From assembly GCF_006345805.1 (NCBI RefSeq), contig NC_042999.1, positions 91,078,001 through 91,142,000 of the forward strand: DNA of 64,000 nucleotides, read 5' to 3'. The first letter of the stretch is position 1, and the number at the start of each line of letters is the position of its first letter. The DNA is from Octopus sinensis. Lineage: Eukaryota. The notes beneath the pieces were generated by a model. It searched no databases. It worked only from the letters and a program-made list of their open reading frames with translations, and had not been told where the DNA came from. Below, piece after piece: positions 1-11,999 of this stretch. Position numbers and translations under genes: made by a program.

Positions 1-871
1 CTTTGTATGTCAAAGATCAAAAACCGACTTGTTTGCTACAGCACACATCTGTCACTTAAGCTTCTTGAACGGTTCTCCTTCACTCATATCGGAGTGCATT
101 TATCCTAAGCTCTAACACCACAACCATCGGGCACTGCTCTGAAACCTAAAATAGACGAGGCCTCGTACATCGCTTGCATTGCCTTCGCAAAACACCTCTA
201 GTAATTTCTTCATTAGCTTAATTTCTAATTTATTCTTCTTTTTACGCTATTTCTCGTTTATTGCAATTTCTCTGCTAAATACAAGATTTAATCTTGTGAC
301 ATTGACAGAGGGACATACACATAGATGTTAGCAACCGAATTCTCTCAAAGTTTTTCGCGCGTGAGTCAATCATGAGATGCTAGACTACATGAAATCAGAC
401 GGCCGTGTAATAATTTGTTAATTGAAATTGCCGCCGTATTTTTATGGAGTTATAAAATTATGAAAAACAATTCTGAATTGGTGATACATATATATGCATT
501 GGTACCTAATTGATAATGTCTAAACTCTATTGAAATAGCTTTTTTTATGTAGGAAACTGATTCTTTTCCTCTTGGTGTTCATATTTATTCAATGGGTTTA
601 GGCCGGTGCGCAGTCAAACGCACACTCGCACGTGCCCACACCGTATATATTTATGTACACACACACACATACACACACACACACATACACACTCACACAC
701 GCACACACGCACATACACTCACACACACATATATAGGTTATGAGAGGTTATGATGTCAAGAAGACCCAAAGGCATCAGATAGTGCTATGGTGTTAAGCTG
801 CAGGTTCGGTGATTATGCGAATGAGAATCCAACGTAGGTCAAATATCAGCATGCATATATATATATATATA

Positions 872-1058
872 AACAGAATGAGATAAAGATCCAAGGTTCT
901 CTATTTCATATCTTATCTAGAATAACTATAGCTTAACCATTTTCTCACACCGTCTCCGATGAGGGGATATATAAAATATCCCGGAAACAGCTGTAAGACC
1001 TATTTATGAATGTCCTGAAATATTTCACAGCCTTGGATTTTTTATCTCATTCTCTTAA
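872..1058 (+). mobile_element. Small fold-back element in (TA)n with a central hammerhead-like motif (Penelope-derived, non-autonomous)
   Basis: AGAATGAGATAAAGATCCAAGG (875-896) is the reverse complement of 1031-1053, with 1 mismatch and 1 indel. (TA)n lies on both sides. Hammerhead-like motif at 952-999. Confidence 0.6.
952..999 (+). ncRNA. Minimal type I hammerhead ribozyme-like motif (variant or degenerate core)
   Basis: Stem I GTCT(952-955)/AGAC(996-999); core CCGATGA (956-962, canonical CUGANGA); stem II GGGATAT/ATATCCC; GAAAC (984-988); palindromic stem III ACAGCTGT; putative GUA cleavage triplet (993-995). G.G mismatch at the base of stem II. Confidence 0.6.
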
Positions 1059-1060
1059 TT

Positions 1061-1098
<38 letters not shown>

Positions 1099-1134
1099 AG
1101 ACAGACTAACATACATTTGTGCACAGGTATGAAT

Positions 1135-1300
1135 AGGCGTGGGCGTGGCTGTGTGGTAAGAAGATTGCTTTCCAACCACATGCTTCCAAGTTCACTCCCA
1201 TTGCGTGACACCTTCATCGACTGCCTTCGGCTATAGTCTCGAGCCGCTCAAAGCATTGTGAGTGGATTTGGTACACGGAAACTGAAAGAAGCTTGTCGTA
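1135..1300 (+). mobile_element. tRNA-derived SINE family A, 5' half
   Basis: GTGGCTGTGTGGTAAG...GTTCACTCCCATTGCGTGACACC...GTGAGTGGATTTGGTACACGGAAACTGAAAGAAG; homologous to the copies at 27010 and 46563. Confidence 0.8.
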
Positions 1301-1309
1301 TGTATGTGC

Positions 1310-1340
<31 letters not shown>

Positions 1341-1365
1341 ATATATAATATATATATATATATAC

Positions 1366-1560
1366 CGTAAATGTGAAACAAGGTGGAAAAAAGAGTATCC
1401 AAATACCAGTGGTAGAGTAATATGCTTTATTTAAAGCAGCAGAAAATTCAACAAAACCTGTTACTCTGAGTTTCCCGTTGTCGTTCGTCGGAAAACTCTC
1501 CGACGAAACTCAGAGTAACAGGTTTTGTTGAATTTTCTGCTGCTTTGAATAAAGTATATA
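1366..1560. mobile_element. Palindromic Penelope-type element with head-to-head hammerhead-like motifs
   Basis: Inverted arms of about 54 bp (about 1420-1473 and 1505-1559), inner TCGTCGGA/TCCGACGA hairpin, flanked by (TA)n. The minus strand reads CCGACGA-ACGACAACGG-GAAAC-TCAGA-GTA. Confidence 0.55.
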
Positions 1561-1562
1561 TA

Positions 1563-3776
1563 TAAACTTCAACAATTCATGTCTGTAATGCAAGCCATAT
1601 GCTACAAATGTGTCCCAGAGAGAAAGGCCACTGTACACAAGAACAAAATCTCCAGAGAGAGGAAAATTTTAATGAGACGGCGTACAAAAATGTCAAATCG
1701 CCTAAACAAACAAATTGAAAGCAGTGAAAAGTCCCGCCTGAAAATAAAACTGTTGGAAATTGAAAAATGTCTGCTACTCTCCCATGAAAAGGAAAGAGCA
1801 GACAAAGAAGCCTGGGCTATAGACAACATAAAATCTAACCCCAGAGCTTTCTACAGGTATGTCAAAGAAACAGCTACGGTGCACTGTAGGATAGGGCCAC
1901 TCCTTGAAAAGGATGGCACACCCACAGGAAAACCAATGAGGGTAAGTGAAATACTGAATGAGCAATTCAAGAGTGTTTTCACTCCACCCCTTGGGCATTT
2001 CCAAATCACCAATCCAACTGACTTCTTTACCACTGCAGATACAAAATCAGAGGCGCCGACGATAGATTACATCGATATAAAGGAAGACGATGTAATAAAG
2101 GCTATAGATGAAATGAAAATAGACTCAGCTACTGGCCCCGATGGATTCCCGGCAATCCTCCTAAAAGTATGAAAGAGAGTATGCAAGACCACTGCAGTTC
2201 CTCTTTCAGAGCTTCCTTGCAGCTGGCAAACTTCCAAGAAAACTGAAGAAAGGTAAAATATGCCCTATTCATAAAGGAGGTAGCAGAGCGGAGGCCAAGA
2301 ACTACAGACCTATCTCTCTGACCTCACACATCAGCAAGGTCATGGAACGAATAGTCAGAAGGAAACTGATCACCTTCCTTGAAGAAAATGACTTGCTGCC
2401 TGACACCCAACATGGTTTCCGACCAGGAAGAAGCTGCTTAACTCAGCTCCTTCAACACTATGACTGGGTGCTGAAACGACTGCTCAACCACTCAAATGTG
2501 GAAGTGATATATCTCGACTTTGCAAAGGCCTTTGATAAAGTCGATCATGGAATGATATGTCACAAACTGCGTGATCTTAGCATAGTTGGAAAACTGGGAG
2601 AATGGCTTCATGACTTTCTGAAAGATAGAAGTCAGGTGGCAGTAGCCAATGGGTCCACTTCCATTAACACGCAAATAGTGAGCGGTGTTCCGCAGGGCAC
2701 TGTTTTGGGACTACTACTGTTCATAATGGCCCTCTCAGACATGCCCTCAGCCACACAGACAGCCACGATCACAAGTTATGCAGATGATACAAAAGTTTCA
2801 CAGGCAATACAGAACCCTGAGGACACTAAACGCCTGCAATGTGAGCTGGACAAAATATACAAGTGGGCTGAAAAGAATAGTATGCAGTTCAATGCTGAGA
2901 AGTTTCAAGCTTTATACTATCAGCATGCAAAACTAAATGCAGTACCCAATGAATACACTGGACCCGGAGGAATTGCGATCCCAGAGGCACAATCAGTGCG
3001 TGACCTGGGTATTTACATGAGTGATGACGCAACCTTTCGTGTACATGTTGCTAAATTGGCAATGAAATGTAGACGACTGGCCGGATGGATTCTCAGAACC
3101 TTTAGAACAAGAGAACAAGAAACCATGATGGTCCTCTGGAGGACACTTGTCCTAAGCCACTTTGACTATTGCTCTCAGCTATGGTCACCATCCAGTGTCA
3201 AGTTGATCACAGAACTTGAGGCGATCCAACGTAGCTACACGAAGAAGATAGCCTCTGTGCAGAATATAAGCTACTGGGAAAGACTCAAGAGATTAAAACT
3301 CTATTCCCTGGAGTGTAGGCGAGAAAGATATGCCATAATATACATCTGGAAGATCCTGGAGGGACTTGTCCCAAACTTTGGCATCGAGAGTTACACAAAT
3401 GCCAGAACTGGGCGCCACTGTGTGGTGCCTAGGACTCCAAATTTGCCATCAAGATGTAGGACAAGATACTGTGATAGCCTGGGCTTCCGAGGCCCACAGC
3501 TCTTCAATATCCTCCCGAAGAACCTAAGAGACCTGCATGGGGTGGATGCAGATGTCTTTAAAATGAAACTGGATCTCTTCTTGTCAGGTATCCCAGATGA
3601 ACCAACTTCACGGCAGGAGGTGCAGATGAGGGCAGCTGCGTCGAACTCTCTCATGCACCAAATGGCAGTTGCTAAAAAGCATTCGTGAAGTAAAACCATG
3701 TAGCAACACCAAATGGCGGTGCCCCAGCATGGCCACAGCTCGTGAGCTGAAACTAGAATCAATCAATCAATCAATC
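1563..3776 (+). mobile_element. 5'-truncated CR1-group LINE (RT; APE endonuclease missing)
   Basis: ORFs 1579-2172 and 2342-3688 join across a frameshift near 2170-2185 (..GPDGFPAILLK / KNYRPISLTSHISKVMERIV..). Motifs QHGFRPGRSC, YLDFAKAFDKVDH, GVPQGTVLG, YADDT and C-terminal YSLECRRER. Ends in an (AATC)n tail at about 3757-3776. Confidence 0.92.
2342..3688 (+). CDS. LINE ORF2 reverse transcriptase, C-terminal open segment (448 aa)
   Basis: RT motifs listed for the CR1 element; part of a frameshifted, truncated ORF2. Confidence 0.85.
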   Translation: MERIVRRKLITFLEENDLLPDTQHGFRPGRSCLTQLLQHYDWVLKRLLNHSNVEVIYLDFAKAFDKVDHGMICHKLRDLSIVGKLGEWLHDFLKDRSQVAVANGSTSINTQIVSGVPQGTVLGLLLFIMALSDMPSATQTATITSYADDTKVSQAIQNPEDTKRLQCELDKIYKWAEKNSMQFNAEKFQALYYQHAKLNAVPNEYTGPGGIAIPEAQSVRDLGIYMSDDATFRVHVAKLAMKCRRLAGWILRTFRTREQETMMVLWRTLVLSHFDYCSQLWSPSSVKLITELEAIQRSYTKKIASVQNISYWERLKRLKLYSLECRRERYAIIYIWKILEGLVPNFGIESYTNARTGRHCVVPRTPNLPSRCRTRYCDSLGFRGPQLFNILPKNLRDLHGVDADVFKMKLDLFLSGIPDEPTSRQEVQMRAAASNSLMHQMAVAKKHS

Positions 3777-3849
3777 ATATATATATATGTGTGCGTGTGT
3801 GTATATATTTGTGTTTGTATGTATGTAAGCATATATGTATGCGTGTCTT

Positions 3850-4155
3850 TTGTCTGTGTTTGTCCCCGCAACACCGCTTGACACCCGGTGTTGGTTTCTT
3901 TAGATTTCCGTAACAGAGGCTTGGCAAAAGACACTGGTGAATAAGTACTAGTCTTTAAAAAAAACATAAGCCCTTTACTTTTTTCAGTCATGTGACTGCG
4001 GCTATGCTGCAGCACCGCTTTTAGTCGAGCAAATCGTCCCAGGACTTATTCTTTGTCAGCCTAGTACTTGTTCTATCGGTGCTTTTGCCGAACCGCTATG
4101 TTACGGAGAAGTAAGTACACCAATATCGGTTGTCAAGCGATGTTGGTGGGACAAA
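3850..4155. mobile_element. Two SINE family A 3' halves in tail-to-tail inverted orientation
   Basis: The + copy (about 3850-3965, TTTGTCCCCGCAACACCGCTTGAC...GGCAAAAGACAC) and the - copy (about 3970-4155) both match 46563-46770. Confidence 0.75.
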
Positions 4156-4159
4156 CGCA

Positions 4160-4262
4160 GATTAGATCGAATTCGGTACGCAACATGTGCTTTATTTATC
4201 GACCCCGAAAGGATGAAAATCAAAGTCGACCGCGGTGAAATTTGAGTTCAGAACTTAAGTCA
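4160..4262 (-). mobile_element. SINE family B fragment
   Basis: TTTATCGACCCCGAAAGGATGAAAATCAAAGTCGACC...GAGTTCAGAAC on +; the same block recurs many times in the window. Confidence 0.75.
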
Positions 4263-4269
4263 AGCTCGC

Positions 4270-4337
<68 letters not shown>

Positions 4338-4340
<3 letters not shown>

Positions 4341-4664
4341 TCCATCACATGCAGCTGTGGTAGGTTATATAAAAGCGTAACATGCCACCCCCTCAAAATA
4401 AGGCTAGAGGAACATCGCAAATCTGTGACACAGGGAGATATTTCTAAATCGAGTATAGATGATGTTGTATGGAAAAATGGAGACCACCTCCCCCAGTGGG
4501 ATGAAGTTAAAATAATAGACAGAGAATACCACTGGTAAATACGAAAACTAAAAGAAGCAGCACATATGCTAGGACACAACAACCTCCTAAGCAGACTGAG
4601 TGCAGATATGAACAGCATATGGGTACCGGTATTAAGGAAGGATAGGAGAAAATTAGATTTATAA
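4338..4664 (+). pseudogene. Penelope-like element GIY-YIG endonuclease, C-terminal remnant
   Basis: HSITCSCGRLYKSVTCHPLKIRLEEHRK...VWKNGDHLPQWDEVKIIDREYHW*IRKLKEAAHML...SIWVPVLRK. In-frame stop at 4536-4538, final stop at 4662-4664; 5' end lost in (TA)n. Confidence 0.8.
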
Positions 4665-4693
4665 GCCCTAAGATTCACTCCATAATTACCAAC

Positions 4694-4768
4694 GGTAGTG
4701 GTTAAGAGCGCGGGCTACTAACCCCAAGATTCTGACTTCGATTCCTGGCAGTGACCTGAGTAATAATA
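4694..4768 (+). ncRNA. tRNA-like module (tRNA-Ser(GCU)-like) downstream of the Penelope ORF; not a functional tRNA
   Basis: GTGGTTAAG A-box-like sequence, anticodon-arm-like GGG-CTACTAA-CCC, B-box-like CTTCGATTCC (4736-4745). No acceptor stem or long variable arm. Confidence 0.5.
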
Positions 4769-4799
4769 ATAATAACAACAACAACAACCACAACAACAA

Positions 4800-4940
4800 A
4801 AATACCTTGGGAATGAGAACCCAGGTTTGAAATTTCCCCAAGACATCCTATGAAGGCCGGAGGGTATATCAGCCGAAGCGTTTTAACAAACAAGATGAGG
4901 ACAAATACACGTCAATTGTAAATAATGTAAATAATGTTCT
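4800..4940 (+). mobile_element. Penelope pseudo-LTR-like tail with a degenerate hammerhead-like motif
   Basis: CCTATGA-A-GGCCG-GAGGGTATAT-CAGCC-GAAGC-GTT (4847-4882); homologous copy on the minus strand at about 62950-63095. Confidence 0.5.
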
Positions 4941-5434
4941 TTATTTCAATTCTGGATACTCTGGACTTACATCAAGTTATTCCCGTATTGTATGCATGTG
5001 TTATTGACTAGTGGGATATGTGTGAATGCTTGTGTGCTATGAAATGTGCAAGTATATGTACAAATACATCTTTAAACAGCTGTGCATTTCATTTTAGTTC
5101 CAGTAATTAAATGTAACTGCATAAGTCCATAAATCCTATTACAATTTAATGTAGCAAACGTATGTAGGTGTGTTGTGCGTGTTTATGTACGTTTACATAT
5201 GTGTATATCCACATAAAAATTCTAGTATGTGTATACGTATGTGTGTGTGTGTAAACAGAGTTATGTCAATCGATATGCAAGTGTAAACAAATCTCAATTT
5301 TCTTTCGATTTGTTTACAATTGTATATCGATTACATACATTATGCATGTATGTATACATGTATGTATGTACGTTCGTATGTATGTGTGTGGTGTGTATGT
5401 ATATATATATATATAATATATGTAATATATATAT

Positions 5435-5481
<47 letters not shown>

Positions 5482-5509
5482 ATATATATATATATATTAT
5501 ATATATTAT

Positions 5510-5544
<35 letters not shown>

Positions 5545-5554
5545 ATATATATAC

Positions 5555-5680
5555 AGGAGTGGCTGTGTGGTAAGAAGTTTGCTTCCTAAGCGCATGGTTT
5601 CGGGTTCACTCTACTATAGCCTCGGACGACCAAACCTTGTGAGTGGATTGGTAGCCGGAACTGAAAGAGGCCTGTTGTAT
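5555..5680 (+). mobile_element. SINE family A 5' half with an internal deletion
   Basis: GGAGTGGCTGTGTGGTAAG...GGTTTCGGGTTCACT...CTATAGCCTCGG...GTGAGTGGATTGGTAGCCGGAACTGAAAGAG. Confidence 0.75.
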
Positions 5681-5690
5681 ACATATAATA

Positions 5691-5736
<46 letters not shown>

Positions 5737-5776
5737 GTGTGTGGGTGTGTGTGTGTTGTGTGTTTATGTATACATG

Positions 5777-5828
<52 letters not shown>

Positions 5829-6489
5829 CACATGCATTCAGAAAGAGAGAGAGAGTGAGAGAGAGTGAGAGAGGGAGGGAGAGAGAGAGAGACTGAGAGA
5901 GAGAGACAGACTCACAGTGACATTGCTTTTCGATGTGTAAAGTGATCTATATCGAAATCAGGTTGCGCGTGTAGGTGTGTGAATGGTGCTTTTTTTGAAC
6001 ACGTAAACAAGCAATTGATTTTCGTCAAGAGAAAGTTGACGCTTCTTGTTCGATTTCTTGGAGACTGTCCACCTAACGTCGCGGGAGCTAGCAGTTGCAG
6101 ACGCAGGACAAATTCTGCAACTCCTACGGCAGCGTCAGCAGCTGTAGGAACTGCAACAATGGCAGCTAGTCTTCAGCAGAAATAGGTGGGGGGAAAACGA
6201 CAACTGTCAACACAATGAATCGCTGGGGAAAAGACTATTCCCTCCATAATCAGACAATATATTTCACAACATCTCAATTTGTTTATTGTATATGATTTTT
6301 CTTTCTCCAAATCTCTTGGTTTTTACCTTCACGTTGCTGCTACTAACTACCATATCACTCCCTTACACCTATCGCATTCCCCCTTTTCAAATCTATCTTC
6401 TGCAGTTTGTTCCGTGTAGCCCTGAATGTGAGCGAGAGAATTCGAAACATTACCGGGACATACTAGTGTTTGTGTCGACTTCTCGATGA

Positions 6490-6896
6490 ATGTTAGGACT
6501 GAATGCATATGTACATACATGCGCGTGTATTATATACATGCATGTACACATACAAGCGTATACACACAATATGTATACATACACACAATATGTATGCATT
6601 CATACATACATTCATGCGTACATACATACATATATACATGTATACATACATAAATATATAAATACATACATAAGCTTGTGAGAGTGTGCATATGCTGCAG
6701 AGATATCATCACCAACATACATGCATGCATACGTACATAAATTCACATTGTGTGTATATGTACGTACGTATGTATGTATATATATGTGTGTGTGTGTGTG
6801 TATGTGAATATGTATGTATATATATATAAATAAACATACATATATATATAATTATATATAGATACATACATACATATATCCATATATATATATATG

Positions 6897-6927
<31 letters not shown>

Positions 6928-7112
6928 GTGTGTGTGTGTGTGTCTGTGTGTCTGTATTTATATGTACAGATACATAATACATAAATAAAAATACCCTTGT
7001 GTACTGAGTTCTATATCTTTGGGTTGTGCCACCAAACTTATCCATCCAACCATCCATCAATCCACCCATACGTACGTACATGAATACATACATACATGCA
7101 TACATACATACA

Positions 7113-7143
<31 letters not shown>

Positions 7144-7336
7144 GTATATACGTATGTGTATTATTATATATTTCAATGCCCCACAATGATTAATATTTAC
7201 ATTCCGGGCAAAAATCATGTAATAAACTGATGAAGTGTTATTGTAAAAGTGTATTCAATATTGAATATTCTGTATCTCTCTGTGTATATAATCGAACACA
7301 TTCCGTTGAAATATATATTATATATATATATATATA

Positions 7337-7391
<55 letters not shown>

Positions 7392-7393
7392 AT

Positions 7394-7458
<65 letters not shown>

Positions 7459-7469
7459 ATTATATATAC

Positions 7470-7501
<32 letters not shown>

Positions 7502-7505
7502 ATAT

Positions 7506-7549
<44 letters not shown>

Positions 7550-7562
7550 CATAACACCACAA

Positions 7563-7632
<70 letters not shown>

Positions 7633-7698
7633 CGTACACTGATTCATAGATCGATAGACAGATTCATAAAAGTTATATATAGTGATTAGACAAATAAT

Positions 7699-7746
<48 letters not shown>

Positions 7747-8130
7747 CATAAATGCACCTACATTCATGAATGCATATACCGCTATATGAGACATGCATAT
7801 AAAACATAAATATGATGTGGTAAATAAGGTGATACATATATTGCTAGACATGTTTACAGTATATTAATTTTTCAGGCTAAAAGCCACCATATTCTGCACA
7901 CCTACATACTTTAGTAATACAGGGCACATAAATATATACGTACATAGATTCATATGCGCATGCATACATACACACACATATATACATGCATACAAACATA
8001 AATGCATATATATACACACACATACAAACATAAATGCATATATATATACACACACATACATACATACATACATACATACATACATACATACATACATACA
8101 TACATACATACATACATACATAAATTGTTG
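6490..8130. repeat. Compound microsatellite field: (TA)n, (CA)n, (TACA)n, (GATA)n
   Basis: Direct inspection; explains the IY/MYVC ORFs. Confidence 0.95.
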
Positions 8131-8376
8131 CACCCTGGTATGTTATATTAGGTTTACGAATTGAGGTGTGTTTAATATTTGGCATTAAACTTCGGTTGCA
8201 TTCACGGCGCATATGGTGACAGTTACGTTGGAAATTCTTCTATTCTTCGGGTTTTTAAGCAAACATACACACACAAACAAGAGTGAACGACAGCAGTCGT
8301 CTGCTGCTGTTGTTGTTGCTGCTGCAGCCGCCGCCGCCGTCACCGAGACCACCACCGCCGCCGCCGCCACCACCAC

Positions 8377-8415
<39 letters not shown>

Positions 8416-8912
8416 ACTACTACGTGCATATGTTTGCTACTGTTTTTTTTTCGCTGGACAGATGAGTTGTATCATGTACAGGCCTCCAGTTGTGAAGGTA
8501 GGATGCATTCATAAATATCGACTTATAGAATGAGGAAAAAGAGAAAGAAGAAAACGACGGAGATTGCAGAACGTGGAAGTAGGCGAAAAAATATTTTGTA
8601 AATAACGATATTCTAAAACTTTCAACGATATTATTTATATCAATTGAACACAATACAGGTTAACAATATTGACAGCAACACGCGTGCTCATGCACAAACA
8701 TACATTTGTACACACGAACACACAAACACACCTGCGCATACACACACGCGCGTGCACACAAACACGCGCACACATACACTGAAATAGAGAGAACGTGTGA
8801 GAGAAAGGGATGTGAGAGAAAAGGGAAGAGAAACTATGGACTCTAAAGAAGAATCTGTCGAAGTCTGAAACGCATACATTCATACGTATACACGCACACT
8901 CATCTATCTGTA

Positions 8913-9900
<988 letters not shown>

Positions 9901-10084
9901 CACAGTAGCGCGAAATTGCATGCATATTAAAAGATACTATTTATCTGTCTAAGATTACATTCATATTACTCTTCTGCAAATACACATAAACACACATACT
10001 AAAACAATAAAATATGGCTGTCCCATTTTATAATTTGACGAAGGAAAGAATAAATAACCATTAGAACATATATTATTATTATTA

Positions 10085-10141
<57 letters not shown>

Positions 10142-11042
10142 TTCAATTTTATATCATTGATAAAAAAACATCCGTTGTGCTATTTGAACAAATGAAAGTA
10201 AAAGGAAAAAGAGAAACGTCCGGATAGATAGCTCTGATGCAATTGTCACTTACTAACAGTCTCTATGTTTTATACACACCTATGCTCTCGACACGATTTC
10301 GCCATTGAGGCCAGTGGCCAGTTGTATGAACAGAGCCATCATAACATTTGACCGGAGAACTTGAAGAACTCTTGTATAGTGAAAAACATTTTTTGATGAC
10401 GTGTCTATGAATGGAAGAAGGGGCGGAAGATTGAGTGAGAGGGAAAAAGAAACGATAGAAAGGCAGTAGTGAGAGCTGGGCTGCAATAAGAAACGGAAAG
10501 CGTAAGGAGGAGGAGGAAGGGCAAAGGTAGAAGAGAGGAAGGAAGAAGAGATGGAGAAAGGGAGCGAGAAGTTTCCATAAGTTTGTCATTCGAACTGTTC
10601 ACCCCACGGAGTAATGTACAGGAGAAAATGATTGAGGTTTATATATAATGAAGAAAAGGGAGCGCTTACACAGTCAAAAGTGGAGTTTTAAAAAAATTGA
10701 AGTGAAATAAAATAAAACTCATCTAAGATCCTAATTAATTAATTCTTTGGTGGATTGATTATTTAAGAGGTTAACGGAAGTGAATGTTTAAGGTAAGTGA
10801 CTTTTCATTGTCATTATTGATTGTTACATGTTGTTGACGTTAAACCTGTTTAGTCCCAGTTTATCTTTGATGGAGCAAATATATAATTAAATGAGTTCTT
10901 GCTGTAGCCGCTCCAGTGCGATCACTCTTTTGAAAATTTGTGTGTGATTTGACGGAGATTTAGTCGATAGCTGTGGCAGAAGGAATGACCATGTAATGCC
11001 TAAATCTTATCAAGTGTTAGTGGCGGCAAAATGAATGATAGC

Positions 11043-11044
<2 letters not shown>

Positions 11045-11088
<44 letters not shown>

Positions 11089-11319
11089 GTAGTAGTAGTA
11101 GTAGTAGTAGTAGTATCAGCTACATAATTAGTAACACTAATTGTATGGACAGTGATAGTGAAAGTATGGGTTTCGTGTTCGATGAAATAAATAGCAGTAA
11201 AATACGGAGGTCGATGTAATCAACAAGCCCCCTCCTCCAAATTTAAGGCCTTGTGCCTCTAGTAGAAATTATTATTATTATTATTATTATTGTTGTTGTT
11301 GTTGTTGCTGTTATTATTA

Positions 11320-11367
<48 letters not shown>

Positions 11368-11410
11368 GTAGTAGTAGTAGTAGTAGTAGTGGTAGTAGTA
11401 GTAGTAGTAA
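11045..11410. repeat. (ATT)n/(AGT)n/(GTT)n trinucleotide tracts
   Basis: Direct inspection; source of the poly-I/L/N/T ORFs. Confidence 0.95.
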
Positions 11411-11504
11411 TTGTAGTTGTAGTACCTTGCAGTAATTGTGTGGGCATTAGTTGCAGCAGTAACAGTAGTAATATTAGCGTGTGTGTGTTTGGGGTGTTAC
11501 AATA

Positions 11505-11662
11505 ATAATTCCTTCTATTATAGGCACAAGGCGTGAAGTTTGTGGCGCGTGGGGGGGGGCAGTCGATTAGATCGACCTCAGTACACAGCTGGTACTTAAC
11601 TTATCGACCCCGAAAGGATGAAATGTAAAATTGACCTCGGCAGAATTTGAACTCAGAACGGT
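11505..11662 (-). mobile_element. SINE family B
   Basis: AGGCACAAGG...CAGTCGATTAGATCGACCTCAGTAC...TTATCGACCCCGAAAGGATGAAA...GAATTTGAACTCAGAAC on +. Confidence 0.8.
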
Positions 11663-11833
11663 TATATGATTATATGGTTAATGTTTGAATAATAGTACCG
11701 GCAATAGCAACGTAAAGGTATGAAAAGAATATGTTGCTATTACAATAGCTGGTAGTATAATGGTAGCAGTTTTAATGGTGGTACTATTAGTAGTAATAAT
11801 GATGGTGGTGTAGGAGAGGTTAGTGGAATGTTT

Positions 11834-11903
<70 letters not shown>

Positions 11904-11999
11904 CAACAGTAGTAGAAGAAGCAGCAGCAGTGGTAGTATGTTTAGTAGTAGAGTTAGTAATGTTTATTGCCCGTACGGTAACAGTTGATGCTGTGTTAT

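Noticed and set aside
4694-4768. Functional tRNA gene (likewise all SINE heads)
   Set aside because: No acceptor stem and an imperfect B box; treated as a tRNA-derived module.
5229-8212. Many ORFs of the IYIY, MYVC, HTHT and YLSI types (also throughout the window)
   Set aside because: They are translations of stop-free di- and tetranucleotide microsatellites, not proteins.
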